A stretch of 64,000 bases of DNA from Cyanobacteria bacterium J06626_4 (lineage in GTDB: Bacteria > Cyanobacteriota > Cyanobacteriia > Phormidesmidales > Phormidesmidaceae): positions 96,001-160,000 of the forward strand of contig JBCBJQ010000002.1 of the NCBI GenBank assembly GCA_038523235.1, written 5' to 3'. Each line of letters begins with the position of its first letter. The first letter of the stretch is position 1. The notes beneath the pieces are model-generated. The model worked only from the letters and a program-made list of their open reading frames with translations. It was not told where the DNA came from and searched no databases. The translations under genes and the position numbers were made by a program. Shown one piece after another: positions 1 through 10,270 of this stretch.

Positions 1-1
1 G

Positions 2-1468
2 GGGGGGGTGGTGTTGGGGATTGCCCTCAGTGATGAGTTTCTCACCCAAATTAATCGAAACATCGTAGAGGAAATCTTACTCCTGTCTGATGGTCAGGTG
101 GTGGCGTCAACGTCTGCACCTAGTCCTCAAACCCTGGAATGGATCGATTCTTTCTATCAAGACGACCAGGCTGCGAGGCAACTGCAGCAAAATAAAGACT
201 ATTTGACGAAGATTTTTTCTCTAGAAGGTACTGATGGCGAGTCTGTTGACGTCGCCCTATTGATTTCTCAAAAGCCGGTACAGCAAGCTCAGCGAGCACT
301 TTGGTTAGTCATTGTGGGGATATCGAGCTTGAGCTTAGGGCTAGCGGCGATCGCAGGCTACTGGATAGCCCGCAAAATTGCTAAACCGATCCAGTTGATT
401 ACAGACACTGCCAAGCAAGTCGTCGAGAAGGAAAACTTCAGTTTGCAGGCGTCTGCTGACCGCGAAGACGAAATCGGCGCTTTAGCTGAGGCCTTGAATC
501 AACTGATTGCCTGGGTGGGGCAATATACCCATGACCTGGAGCTAGCGAGCCAGACCCTAGAAGCCAAAGTAGAAAGTCGTACGGCAGAACTCACCAGCAC
601 CCTCTCAGAGCTGAAGGAAGCGCAGTCTCAGCTGATTCAGACGGAGAAAATGTCGAGCCTAGGGCAGATGGTGGCCGGTATCGCCCATGAGATTAACAAT
701 CCCGTCAACTTTATTCAAGGGAATATCAATCCTCTAAAAGATTACATTCAAGACCTACGGGATCTCTTGACCACTTATCAGAGTGAATACCCGGAGCCGA
801 CCACAAGAGTCTTAGCTAAGCAAGCAGAAATTGACCTGGAATTTGTGCTGGAAGATTCGAGCAAAGTGTTGCAGTCGATGAAAATCGGGACACAACGAGT
901 CCAGGATATTGTGGTGTCTCTGCGTAACTACTCCCGACTAGACGAAGCCGTCATCAAAGATGTGGATATTCACGAAGGGTTGGAAAGTACCCTGCTGATT
1001 TTGAGCCATCGCCTCAAATATGACGTTGACGTGATTAAGGAGTATGGCTCTTTGCCGCTAGTGCGCTGCTCGCCCGCTCAGCTTAATCAGGTTTTCACCA
1101 ACATCATTGCGAATGCGCTGGATGCCATGTTTGACCATGACAGCGACCCCAAGCAGTTAACGATCGCAACGCGAGTCTTGGGGTCTGACCAGGTTCAAGT
1201 CAGTATTCGCGATACGGGGCCTGGCATGTCCCCTGAGGTGAAGGACAAGATTTTCAATCCCTTCTTTACGACTAAGGCTGTGGGGAAAGGGACGGGCCTT
1301 GGGCTGGGCATTTGTTTCAAAATTGTCGAACACCACCAAGGTCGGATTGAGGTGAACTCTCAGGTCGGAGAGGGCACGGAATTTTTGATTACTCTGCCGA
1401 CTGAAGCGCTGCCAGCAGATGTGGAAGGGCTCGCCGATAAGGATGTAACCTCTGCCTTCGCTTCATAG
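2..1468 (+). CDS. HAMP-domain sensor histidine kinase (5' end probably outside the window)
   Basis: TM helix, HAMP (DEIGALAEALN), H-box GIAHEINNP, N-box QVFTNIIANA, G-boxes DTGPG and GKGTGLGL; frame is open to the window edge. Confidence 0.92.
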   Translation, partial: GGVVLGIALSDEFLTQINRNIVEEILLLSDGQVVASTSAPSPQTLEWIDSFYQDDQAARQLQQNKDYLTKIFSLEGTDGESVDVALLISQKPVQQAQRALWLVIVGISSLSLGLAAIAGYWIARKIAKPIQLITDTAKQVVEKENFSLQASADREDEIGALAEALNQLIAWVGQYTHDLELASQTLEAKVESRTAELTSTLSELKEAQSQLIQTEKMSSLGQMVAGIAHEINNPVNFIQGNINPLKDYIQDLRDLLTTYQSEYPEPTTRVLAKQAEIDLEFVLEDSSKVLQSMKIGTQRVQDIVVSLRNYSRLDEAVIKDVDIHEGLESTLLILSHRLKYDVDVIKEYGSLPLVRCSPAQLNQVFTNIIANALDAMFDHDSDPKQLTIATRVLGSDQVQVSIRDTGPGMSPEVKDKIFNPFFTTKAVGKGTGLGLGICFKIVEHHQGRIEVNSQVGEGTEFLITLPTEALPADVEGLADKDVTSAFAS

Positions 1469-1660
1469 GCAGTTTTGGGAATTCGCTCTCAGCTTTGTTA
1501 GCACCAAGTCAGCAAACACGCTCAAGCTTGCGATCGCACTTTCCCATCAGCGTAGCGGCGATTGTCCTTCGGACGGGTTCCGCCAACGCGCTGCCAAATC
1601 CTTAAACAGGCTGCTGAGTTGTCGTTGGGGCGATCTCATGTTCGACTGGGCTCAGAGGTC

Positions 1661-2278
1661 TTATACAAACCCGTTAAACACTTGCTCAGCCGTGAGTTGT
1701 AGATCAGTAAAGGTTCTGGAAAGGATGCGATCGCTGCCCCGAAACTGGCTCAGCTCATATTCCCCATCTACCAGCGTACAAACCGTGAGCGTTGGCTGTT
1801 TGGGAGAACCAATGTAGCGTCGTCCACCAAGCCCCAGATAATCCACGATCCAATACTCTTGAATTCCCAATGCTTCGTAGTCAGCCATTTTGATGAGATA
1901 GTCAGTGCGCCAGTTTGTAGATACCACCTCAACAGCTAGCTGTATGCTCTGGCCTGACGTGATGATCGATTCGCATTCCCAGCGTGGCTCATTCGAGGTT
2001 GGTGTCTCATCTAACACCACGATATCGGGTTCATATCCGGTGTCATCAGCAATCTTGAGCAGGCACTCTTTTGGAATAAACCACGGTTGCTGTATTTGCC
2101 GAACAGCCGAACCCAATTCATAAGTCAAATCTCCTGCGATTCTGGAATGCTTGCCTTTGGGTTTGGGCATCTCAATGATTACTCCCCGTTTCAGCTCGTA
2201 GCGGTGCTCGGCATCATCGGGATACCACTCCACAAACTCATCGAACGACGTGGGCGTCTTGTCAGATAGGGCAATCAT
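1661..2278 (-). CDS. Uma2/DUF820 family putative endonuclease
   Basis: RYEL..G.IIEMP, EPD, LAVEVVS, DY..LGIQEYWIVD motifs; GGAGG-like RBS upstream. Confidence 0.9.
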   Translation of the reverse strand: MIALSDKTPTSFDEFVEWYPDDAEHRYELKRGVIIEMPKPKGKHSRIAGDLTYELGSAVRQIQQPWFIPKECLLKIADDTGYEPDIVVLDETPTSNEPRWECESIITSGQSIQLAVEVVSTNWRTDYLIKMADYEALGIQEYWIVDYLGLGGRRYIGSPKQPTLTVCTLVDGEYELSQFRGSDRILSRTFTDLQLTAEQVFNGFV

Positions 2279-2454
2279 CGCGATCTCACCTCCCTAGCGT
2301 TTCACAATCGTCGCTATCAACTAAGTGTAGAAGATTGAAGAGAGCGATCGCTCTCCCCGTTAGCGTAGTGGCGATCGCCCTGCTCCCCTTAAGCAGACCG
2401 CTATGACGTCAACAGAATGATTAATCGATCCACTTCAATGGCTAAATCACTGAT

Positions 2455-2808
2455 CTAACGTAAGGGGAGAAACCTCACTTGCCCTTCCCACTCGCCTTCC
2501 AGACTGCATTCGGCAATTAAAATAATTTCCTCAATCGCGAGTCCAATAGGAACTCGGCGACTGACCTCAAACAATCCCGGCATAGCCAATCCAGCCTGAA
2601 TTCGTTCGTAGGCAAATGTGATCATGGTGGCAACGTCGTGAGTCAGCACAATGCGATTTTCTTGGGCAGCCCAGGCTAGGACGGCTGGGTCATCGCCCCC
2701 CGATAAACCGATATCTTGAACACGAACCATGTCAATCTCTGGGCGTTGACGCAGAACCCCACGCACGATTTGATTGTTGAAGTTTTCATCAGCCAGAAAA
2801 CGAATCAT
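2455..2808 (-). CDS. DUF5615 family PIN-like protein (putative toxin)
   Basis: RFLADENF, D..VLAWA..ENRIVLTHD; directly downstream of the DUF433 gene. Confidence 0.88.
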   Translation of the reverse strand: MIRFLADENFNNQIVRGVLRQRPEIDMVRVQDIGLSGGDDPAVLAWAAQENRIVLTHDVATMITFAYERIQAGLAMPGLFEVSRRVPIGLAIEEIILIAECSLEGEWEGQVRFLPLR

Positions 2809-2814
2809 TGCCAG

Positions 2815-3147
2815 TTATCCGGGCTGATTTCGTCTGGCGAGGAGGCGATCGCGGATGCCGCTAGGATTCAAGCGTTGTTCCACTTGCTGTTGAATAACGG
2901 CGGCTTGCTGTTGTCTGTCGGCTAAATAGATGTTTACCTCATCTCGATGTCTGAGGTAATAGCCAATAACCAGATAAATCTCGGATAGTTGCAATGACGG
3001 ATACTGTGCTGCAATTTCCTCGGGCGTGCAGCCCTCAAGAAAGGCGATCACAACGGTATCTAGGGTTACGCGAGTTTTTGCCACTCTGACAACGCCTTGT
3101 TCGTCAATCTCTATCGGGGCAGGTTCAAGGGCGATCGCTAGCGTCAT
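2815..3147 (-). CDS. DUF433 family protein (putative antitoxin)
   Basis: TRVTLDTVV..F.EG.TPEEIAAQYPSL.LSEIY signature; ATG at 3147 preferred to TTG at 3153. Confidence 0.88.
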   Translation of the reverse strand: MTLAIALEPAPIEIDEQGVVRVAKTRVTLDTVVIAFLEGCTPEEIAAQYPSLQLSEIYLVIGYYLRHRDEVNIYLADRQQQAAVIQQQVEQRLNPSGIRDRLLARRNQPG

Positions 3148-3327
3148 AAACAAAATGAGGTTTCTACTCGATAGGGTAGCAAATCCAAAATTTGCAAGGC
3201 TGGCTGGCCAGTTTGAGCAAAAGCGCGATCCCTGCCTATAAGGCTAGAAGCGATCGCCTTTCCAACTCCTTTCAGTTATCCAGAACCTCGGCTTGTGACG
3301 GTGGTTTATCAGCTTTGGAGACAATTC

Positions 3328-4194
3328 ATGACACCTAGTGAACCCAGCAAGATTGACGTAAATGGAAACATCCACACTGACTTTGAAAAAGCATTTCAAG
3401 ATGCCTATCAGTTTCAGTACAGTATGGGCCACTGGGGGACAACGTATAGATTAGTTACTTATGACGTCGAATTTGTTACTTATTACGTTGGAGATTTAGT
3501 GTTGCCATCGGGTCACCTTGTGGCTTGCGATCCGGGAGTAAGGGCAGATTTTGAGTATGCCTTCACGCAAACCATCCAACCGGGACGCTACCCCATCATT
3601 CTGAGTCTAGCGGGCTTCAAACCTGAGATACCGAGTTTGCCTAGTCCAAAAAACTCAATATTCAATGTCCTAAATCGAGCTTTTCGCAAAAATCAGAATG
3701 TTCCTGGCCCCTTCAGAAGAATTGCTTGCGCCATGCTAAAGGTAACCCAGCAGAAACCTGTTCGATGGGAAGTAGCGTTTCTGAATCTAGACTGGTCTGC
3801 CGAGTATCAGAATTATGGTGTGGACTCTGCGACTGGCTGCTTTATGGATGTTGAGATTGGCCGCCGCCTCAAGCAGCTTGGGGAGGCTAACCCAGATGAG
3901 GAATGGGATGAGGCTTTAAATAGGTTACGCGCTCAGTTTTACGAGCCATTGATGAACGAAAGGCGCAAAAATAAGACGGCAGATGTAAACAATGAATACC
4001 CTTACGACAGCAAGGGGAACTGGGCTAATCGCTGTATCGACGAAGAAACTGGAGCTAACGTCATTGTTTTTGGTTCGGGCTGGGGAGATGGCGGCGATGC
4101 GTCTTACTGGGGCTACGACGCTGACGGTAACATTGCCTGTCTCATGACTGATTTTGCACTTTTCGGCAGTGATGATGAGGACGATGAAGAATAA
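3328..4194 (+). CDS. DUF4241 family protein
   Basis: LPSGHLVACDP, YGVDSATGCFMD and SGWGDGG..SYWGYD motifs; start uncertain (ORF opens at 3295). Confidence 0.8.
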   Translation: MTPSEPSKIDVNGNIHTDFEKAFQDAYQFQYSMGHWGTTYRLVTYDVEFVTYYVGDLVLPSGHLVACDPGVRADFEYAFTQTIQPGRYPIILSLAGFKPEIPSLPSPKNSIFNVLNRAFRKNQNVPGPFRRIACAMLKVTQQKPVRWEVAFLNLDWSAEYQNYGVDSATGCFMDVEIGRRLKQLGEANPDEEWDEALNRLRAQFYEPLMNERRKNKTADVNNEYPYDSKGNWANRCIDEETGANVIVFGSGWGDGGDASYWGYDADGNIACLMTDFALFGSDDEDDEE

Positions 4195-4259
4195 TCGTAC
4201 GGTTCCTCAACACCAATAGATTTGAAAGCGATCGCCCCACCCACCACCTTTAAGTGCTC

Positions 4260-4292
4260 AGAACCCCGGCTTTTCCAAAAAGCCGGGGTTCT
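4260..4292. terminator. Perfect 15-bp hairpin between convergent DUF4241 and clpB genes (likely terminator)
   Basis: AGAACCCCGGCTTTT-cca-AAAAGCCGGGGTTCT, 10 nt after the clpB stop. Confidence 0.75.
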
Positions 4293-4302
4293 TTTGAGAG
4301 CC

Positions 4303-6921
4303 TTACACCGTTGCCAGTTCGGGGGCTTGGCGTTTGAAGACGAGGCGTTCGTTTTCCACATCGGCGTAGATGCGATCGCCGTTTACAAAATCGCCCCGCA
4401 GGATGCCCTTGGCCATGGGCGTCTCCAGTTCCTTTTGGATCGCCCGCTTGAGCGGACGGGCACCGTAGACGGGGTCGAAGCCGACTTGGGCCACCCAATC
4501 CAACGCTTCTTCCGACAGCGTGAGAGACATCTTGCGCTCGCCCAACCGCTGCTCTAGGCGGTTGATTTGCAGTTTGACGATTTCCCGCAGTTGCTCTTGG
4601 CGTAGGCTGTGGAAAATGATCAGCTCGTCCACCCGGTTCAGGAACTCAGGGCGGAACTGACCGCGCATGGCCTCCATCACGCGATCGCGCATGAGGTCAT
4701 ACTTCTCATCGTCGCCCGCCAGATCCAGAATGTACTGGGAGCCGATATTGCTGGTCATAATCACGACACAGTTGCGGAAGTCCACCGTACGCCCTTGAGA
4801 ATCGGTCAGGCGACCGTCATCCAAAATTTGCAGCATGATGTTGAACACATCAGGGTGAGCCTTTTCGATTTCGTCGAACAGGATGACCGCATAGGGGCGA
4901 CGGCGAATCGCTTCAGTGAGCTGACCGCCTTCGTCAAAGCCGACGTAGCCGGGAGGAGCCCCGATCAGCCGCGCGACGGCGTGCTTCTCCATATATTCCG
5001 ACATGTCGATGCGGACGATCGCTTCTTCGGTGTCGAACATATAGGAGGCCAGTGCCTTCGCGAGTTCGGTTTTGCCGACGCCCGTGGGGCCGAGGAAAAT
5101 GAAGCTGGCAATGGGTCGGTTGGGGTCAGCGAGACCCGCGCGACTCCGCTGAATCGCGTCAGATACTGCCGTCACCGCTTCATCTTGACCAATCACCCGC
5201 TGATGAAGTTCATCTTCCAGGTGCAGCAGCTTCTCCATTTCGGAGGCGACCAGCTTACTGACGGGAATGCCCGTCCACTTAGAGATGATTTCGGCGATGT
5301 CTTCTTCTGTGACTTCCTCCCGCAGCAGCGATTGACCGCTGGTTTGGGCATTTTCTAACTTCTGCTCAGCGTCTTCGACTTTGCGCTGCAAGTCGGTGAG
5401 CTTGCCGTACTTCAGCTCCGCCGCGCGATTCAGGTCATAGTTGCGTTCCGCCTGCTGAATCTCGATGTTGACGTGATCCAGCTCTTCCCGCAGTTTTTGA
5501 ATGTCGTCGATCAGGTCTTTTTCAGACTGCCACTGGGCATTCAAACCGGACTGGGTTTCTTTGAGATCCGCCAGTTCTTTCTCCAGGCGCTCTAGCCGAT
5601 CCAGCGACCCCGCATCGGTTTCATTCTTCAGCGACAGGCGCTCCATTTCCATCTGAAGGATTTTGCGATCGACTTCGTCCAGCTCCTCCGGCTTGGAGGT
5701 AATCTCCATCTTCAGCTTGGCTGCCGACTCATCCACCAGGTCGATCGCTTTGTCAGGCAAGAAGCGATCGCTGATGTACCGGGTCGAAAGCACCGCCGCT
5801 GCCACCAAAGCACTGTCGGAAATCTTGACCCCGTGATGCACTTCGTAGCGCTCCTTGAGTCCCCGCAGAATAGAGACAGTGTCCTCAATGCTGGGCTGAT
5901 CGACAAACACCTGCTGGAAGCGCCGTTCCAGAGCCGCATCCTTTTCAATGTATTTACGATATTCATCCAGTGTGGTCGCGCCGATACAGCGCAGTTCGCC
6001 CCGCGCCAGCAACGGCTTCAACAGGTTGCCCGCATCCATCGAACCCTGGGTCGCTCCGGCTCCCACCACGGTGTGAATTTCGTCGATGAACAGCACCATC
6101 TGTCCGTCGGAATCTTGTACTTCCTTGAGGACAGCCTTGAGGCGCTCTTCAAACTCACCGCGATACTTCGCACCCGCAATCAGGGCGCCCATATCCAGGG
6201 CGATGATTTTGCGATCGCGCAATGACTCGGGCACATCCTTGCTAATGATGCGCTGGGCCAGCCCTTCGGCGATCGCGGTTTTACCCACGCCGGGCTCCCC
6301 AATCAGTACCGGATTGTTCTTCGTCCGCCGCGAGAGAATCTGAATCGTGCGGCGAATCTCATCATCCCGACCGATCACCGGGTCGAGGCGGCCTTCTCGC
6401 GCCAGCTCCGTCAGGTCGCGACCATATTTTTCCAGTGCTTCGTATTTGCCTTCCGGGTTTTGATCGGTCACTTTCTGATTGCCTCGCACGTCTTTGATAA
6501 TGCCTCTGAGGGAATTTTCGTTCAGGTTAAATTCGCGAAATAGCGCCTGCCCAAACCGACTGTCTTTGGCGTAGGCCAGCAGTAAATGTTCGATAGAAAT
6601 GTATTCGTCGCCGAAGTCTTTGCGGTAGCTATCGGCGCGATCGAGCAGCTGATCGAGGCTGTTGCCCAAATAGACCGAACCGCCGGCATTGCTAATTTTG
6701 GGCTGCTTCGCCACGAAGTCGGTGGTGCGATCGCGCACATTCTGCACGTTTACTTCCGCCTTGTTAAAGACCGAAACCGCTAGCCCTTCTTGCTCTAAGA
6801 GCGCCTGCATCAGGTGCTCACTCTCGATCTGCTGGTGTTTGGCTTCTTTGGCAATCTCCGGCGTGCGGACAATCGCCTGCCACGCCTTTTCGGTAAATTG
6901 ATTGGGATTCGTCGGTTGCAT
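4303..6921 (-). CDS. clpB: ATP-dependent chaperone ClpB
   Basis: Clp-N repeats, two AAA+ modules ([16 protein letters not shown]), coiled-coil middle domain, GARPLKR; 872 aa. Confidence 0.98.
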   Translation of the reverse strand: MQPTNPNQFTEKAWQAIVRTPEIAKEAKHQQIESEHLMQALLEQEGLAVSVFNKAEVNVQNVRDRTTDFVAKQPKISNAGGSVYLGNSLDQLLDRADSYRKDFGDEYISIEHLLLAYAKDSRFGQALFREFNLNENSLRGIIKDVRGNQKVTDQNPEGKYEALEKYGRDLTELAREGRLDPVIGRDDEIRRTIQILSRRTKNNPVLIGEPGVGKTAIAEGLAQRIISKDVPESLRDRKIIALDMGALIAGAKYRGEFEERLKAVLKEVQDSDGQMVLFIDEIHTVVGAGATQGSMDAGNLLKPLLARGELRCIGATTLDEYRKYIEKDAALERRFQQVFVDQPSIEDTVSILRGLKERYEVHHGVKISDSALVAAAVLSTRYISDRFLPDKAIDLVDESAAKLKMEITSKPEELDEVDRKILQMEMERLSLKNETDAGSLDRLERLEKELADLKETQSGLNAQWQSEKDLIDDIQKLREELDHVNIEIQQAERNYDLNRAAELKYGKLTDLQRKVEDAEQKLENAQTSGQSLLREEVTEEDIAEIISKWTGIPVSKLVASEMEKLLHLEDELHQRVIGQDEAVTAVSDAIQRSRAGLADPNRPIASFIFLGPTGVGKTELAKALASYMFDTEEAIVRIDMSEYMEKHAVARLIGAPPGYVGFDEGGQLTEAIRRRPYAVILFDEIEKAHPDVFNIMLQILDDGRLTDSQGRTVDFRNCVVIMTSNIGSQYILDLAGDDEKYDLMRDRVMEAMRGQFRPEFLNRVDELIIFHSLRQEQLREIVKLQINRLEQRLGERKMSLTLSEEALDWVAQVGFDPVYGARPLKRAIQKELETPMAKGILRGDFVNGDRIYADVENERLVFKRQAPELATV

Positions 6922-7129
6922 AAATCTCTCCGGCTAGCAAAATCAGCGAAGTGAGCGCCCAGAAATCAGAAGTCAGCCCTGAGCTGATCACGAACTCATT
7001 TCTGAGTTCTGGCATCTCACCTCTGTACTAACTATGCCGGATCTCGTAAAACTTCAGGTTCGTGATGCCGTATGCCAAAAGGGGCGATCGCCTCACCATT
7101 CTGCATTCACCTCTCAACGCCCTACAAAT

Positions 7130-7405
7130 AACCCTCTTGTTAGATGGCCATCCTGGCTGTCCTTAACCAAGCTGATCCGAGGTTGCATTCTGGCGGGGTT
7201 GAGGCAGGCGAGGACGCCTACCCAATGGGTTTCACAACAGATTTGGGCAAGTTTGGAAACAGCGATCGCCCCACCCTGTCAAGCATCCACCTTCTAACTT
7301 CCCTGGACAACCCTCTTGTTAGATGGCCATCCTGGCCGTCCTTCAGACTGATTCGAGGTTGCATTCTGGCGGGGTTGAGGCAGGCGGGGACGCCTACCCG
7401 ACAAG
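7130..7405. repeat. Two tandem ~95 bp REP-doublet (REPIN-like) units
   Basis: Copies at 7130-7223 and 7309-7405 share AACCCTCTTGTTAGATGGCCATCCTGGC...GAGGTTGCATTCTGGCGGGGTTGAGGCAGGCG.GGACGCCTACCC; unit ends are imperfect inverted repeats. Confidence 0.8.
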
Positions 7406-7456
7406 TTTTTTAATAGATTTAGGCAGTTTGAAGAAAAGCGATCGTCCATCCCATCC

Positions 7457-7924
7457 ATGAAAGAGCCAGAACTCAAAATTACTCAGCGAATGCTACCCCA
7501 CTGGGAATATGAAGGCTCGACCTATTTCATCACCTTTAACACCTGGGAAAGGCTCGAACTTTCTCCTGCTGCGCGGCAGATTGTACTGGATGCTTGTCTG
7601 TTCTTCCACACTCAGCGGTACGACCTTTTTGCCCTGGTCGTGATGCCCGAGCACGTCCATATGCTGATTCAACCACTGCCTAAAACTGAGGAAGACTATT
7701 GGCCGCTCAGCAACATCATGCACAGCATCAAAAGCTATAGCGCCAAACAAATTCCGAAAGTCATGCCACACATCGGCACTGTCTGGCAACCGGAAAGCTA
7801 CGACCATATCGTTCGCAGCGATCGCGCCTTCGCCGCCATCTGGAATTACATTCGCCAAAATCCTGTCAAAGCAGACCTATCAAGCTCGCCAGATTGCCAT
7901 CCATTCCTCTGGCAAAAATGCTAG
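7457..7924 (+). CDS. REP-associated tyrosine (Y1/HUH, IS200-like) transposase, RAYT-like
   Basis: LPHW...YFITF, HUH motif VMPEHVH, WQ.ESYDHIVR, catalytic Tyr in YIRQNP; adjacent REP repeats. Confidence 0.88.
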   Translation: MKEPELKITQRMLPHWEYEGSTYFITFNTWERLELSPAARQIVLDACLFFHTQRYDLFALVVMPEHVHMLIQPLPKTEEDYWPLSNIMHSIKSYSAKQIPKVMPHIGTVWQPESYDHIVRSDRAFAAIWNYIRQNPVKADLSSSPDCHPFLWQKC

Positions 7925-7976
7925 CGATCGCCTGACTCATCTAGAGATGCTATCGAAGAAGTTTAAGGAAAAGACG

Positions 7977-8222
7977 ATGTCACGGCAGGTGCGATCGCTG
8001 CCCATCAACAACGCCACTTTAAAGACCCTCATGCAAGAACTCGGCGATGAGTGCAGTCGAGTGCTTGAACTGATGCATCAACTCCAAGTGTCCAACCTAC
8101 AAGACAACCAGAAAGCGGACATCTTGGCTGAGATCTTGGCCTCAGTGATTCACCTGCATACCCACTGCGATGAGGATTTACAGGGCGCCATTGCGGGTGA
8201 GCTGGATAGTCTGCCGGAATGA
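7977..8222 (+). CDS. Small helical hypothetical protein
   Basis: AAGGA RBS upstream of ATG 7977; resembles small cyanobacterial hypotheticals (HLHTHCDEDLQ). Confidence 0.65.
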   Translation: MSRQVRSLPINNATLKTLMQELGDECSRVLELMHQLQVSNLQDNQKADILAEILASVIHLHTHCDEDLQGAIAGELDSLPE

Positions 8223-8262
8223 TTTTTGTGGAAAGCGATCGCTTTGCCCTTGAACCGTTGCC

Positions 8263-8754
8263 TCAGCGATGTCCTGTTATTTCCCGTACCCATCGCGGCA
8301 AGAAAAGATTGAAAATCAGCAATGAACTTGTTATGAGCGCCATAGCAGTATTTCTCATCGGCGTGGATGGTATGTCGTAACCGAAAACAACTGTGACTAA
8401 GAAACTGCCACCTACCAAGTTCATGAGACCGTTTAGTAAGGTCACTGTCAGAATGGGTATTTTTGTGTATTGTGAACACCAGCGACCAAAGCGGACAACT
8501 CTTGCAACGGTGAAGATGCCCAAGCCAGCGCCGATAACCAGATATAGAAACAACAGGCCCAAGAAGGAAAAGGTCAAACCAAATGCCTGACCGACGGTAT
8601 AAGCATTCCCAGACCCAAATTCAAATTGCGTCATCCATTCGTAAGTTATGACACCGACTGCCCACATGATGATGGGCCCCAAAGTGCAGGCCAAGATCAG
8701 GCCATAGCAACCAATCGCCTCCCACACACCGTCCGTCTCATTCTTTCTATTCAC
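8263..8754 (-). CDS. Hypothetical multi-pass membrane protein
   Basis: About four hydrophobic segments; GAAGGA RBS before GTG 8754; AT-rich. Confidence 0.55.
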   Translation of the reverse strand: MNRKNETDGVWEAIGCYGLILACTLGPIIMWAVGVITYEWMTQFEFGSGNAYTVGQAFGLTFSFLGLLFLYLVIGAGLGIFTVARVVRFGRWCSQYTKIPILTVTLLNGLMNLVGGSFLVTVVFGYDIPSTPMRNTAMALITSSLLIFNLFLPRWVREITGHR

Positions 8755-8840
8755 TGGTTTATCCTTCTTTGGGGCGATCGCCCCACCCAAGCTACCAAGA
8801 CAATCCCCCTTTTCTTAGAAGCCGTACGACAAAAGAAAAG

Positions 8841-9386
8841 CTATTGTCGAATTGCGATCGCTCTCGCCCAGAATGGCAAAACTAAATTGCTTCCCAGCAG
8901 TGACATTCCCCAAAAAATGGGCGGGTTGAGCGAGCTCCTGTAGGCCCCGTTCTGTATAACGAGATCATGTAAACACAAGGGTAAGAAGTGAGCAGCTAAA
9001 ATGCCTGCTAACATGCCGCTACCAATAAAGGTTGCGATCGCATTCAACAGCATAATTGCGGACAACTGTATAAAAGCCATAACGGACTTGCCAACTTGTG
9101 GAGGACACCACGATATAAAATCACCCAGCAGTATCCCTATACCGATTCCAGCAACCGTTCCGATGGCCAGGTAGAGCCCTGAGTAAATAAGACCATAGAT
9201 TGCCAGATGAAACGGCGGTCCACTTCCCACTTGGCAGGCATCATCAATGACGGCACCATTCGCGATCATCGATTGTGTTACTCCGTGATAGGTACTTTGG
9301 CCAAAGATCCACACAATGACGATGGCTAGTACCCAAGACCCGAATAAGGCTTCCGCGCGCCGCATAGTATTTTTCTCATTGATCAT
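8841..9386 (-). CDS. Hypothetical multi-pass membrane protein
   Basis: About four hydrophobic segments; same orientation and similar layout to the neighbouring ORF. Confidence 0.55.
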   Translation of the reverse strand: MINEKNTMRRAEALFGSWVLAIVIVWIFGQSTYHGVTQSMIANGAVIDDACQVGSGPPFHLAIYGLIYSGLYLAIGTVAGIGIGILLGDFISWCPPQVGKSVMAFIQLSAIMLLNAIATFIGSGMLAGILAAHFLPLCLHDLVIQNGAYRSSLNPPIFWGMSLLGSNLVLPFWARAIAIRQ

Positions 9387-9541
9387 TGCTCTAAATTATG
9401 GACGCAGCGATCTCCGGCCCCTGCCAAATATGTCCCTTCTGCCTTTTATTTTCACCATGGGGTATGGGTTTGAGGTGCCGGGTGCCGGGGGATGGCTTGG
9501 GTCTGAGATCGGCAACCGAGGCCCTGAGACCCTTCTGTCTT

Positions 9542-10270
9542 CTAACCGTTACTGCAGTTGGGATCTGGTGGATGAGGCGGCTCGGCGCTGAGGGCACGGA
9601 GACGATCACGATCGCACAGAGTAATCAATCCACGCTGGTAGGTGACGGCGGGCTTGAGTTGTTTGAAGAGTCGCACGCATTCTTCATAGGTAATGCCAAT
9701 GCTGCGGGCGATTTGATAGTACGTGCAGCGCGATCGCAGCTGTGCTCCCGCCGCCACGGCGTCGGTGCCGCCATACTCGGCCATTGATTCCAGATAAGTG
9801 ACCAACCGCGCGATCGCTCGTTCTGAGACCAAACCATGCACGCGCTGGTGCAGTTGCTGTAGCCGTTGGTTAAAGATGCCGAGTAACTGCAGTGCCAGTT
9901 CGGGCCTTTGGGCAAAACTGGTCAGCAAAGCTGGACGATCGAGAATGAGCACCGTGGCGGGGGCGATCGCCGTCACCGTGGCGGGGGCCATGCCGTCACC
10001 GCACAGCGCCGGCGCGGCAAACACTTCCCCTGCTGGCAAAATTCGCAGAATCGTTTCTTTGCCTGAGGCCGCTATTTTGCTCATTCGTAGACGGCCAGAG
10101 AGCAACACATGCAAGCCTGCCGGGAGCACCTCCCCCTCATGAAACACCACCTCATCAGCCTGGTGTGACCTCACTCGACTGTTCTCAGCAAATTGCTGGA
10201 GCACTGACACTTCGAGGTCAGCAAACAGAGGAAGGGCGCGAAGCTGAATTATGTCAACGGGGGAGACCAA
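9542..10270 (-). CDS. Crp/Fnr family transcriptional regulator
   Basis: cNMP-binding-like fold (VFHEGE, SGKETILRIL.AGEVFA) and C-terminal HTH (YQIARSIGITYEECVRLF). Confidence 0.9.
   Translation of the reverse strand: MVSPVDIIQLRALPLFADLEVSVLQQFAENSRVRSHQADEVVFHEGEVLPAGLHVLLSGRLRMSKIAASGKETILRILPAGEVFAAPALCGDGMAPATVTAIAPATVLILDRPALLTSFAQRPELALQLLGIFNQRLQQLHQRVHGLVSERAIARLVTYLESMAEYGGTDAVAAGAQLRSRCTYYQIARSIGITYEECVRLFKQLKPAVTYQRGLITLCDRDRLRALSAEPPHPPDPNCSNG

Noticed and set aside
1..8. Poly-G tract as a phase-variation site
   Set aside because: Cut by the window edge and compatible with in-frame Gly-Gly-Val; cannot be assessed.
4609..6901. Long plus-strand ORFs opposite clpB
   Set aside because: Antisense shadows of a codon-biased conserved gene; no motifs.
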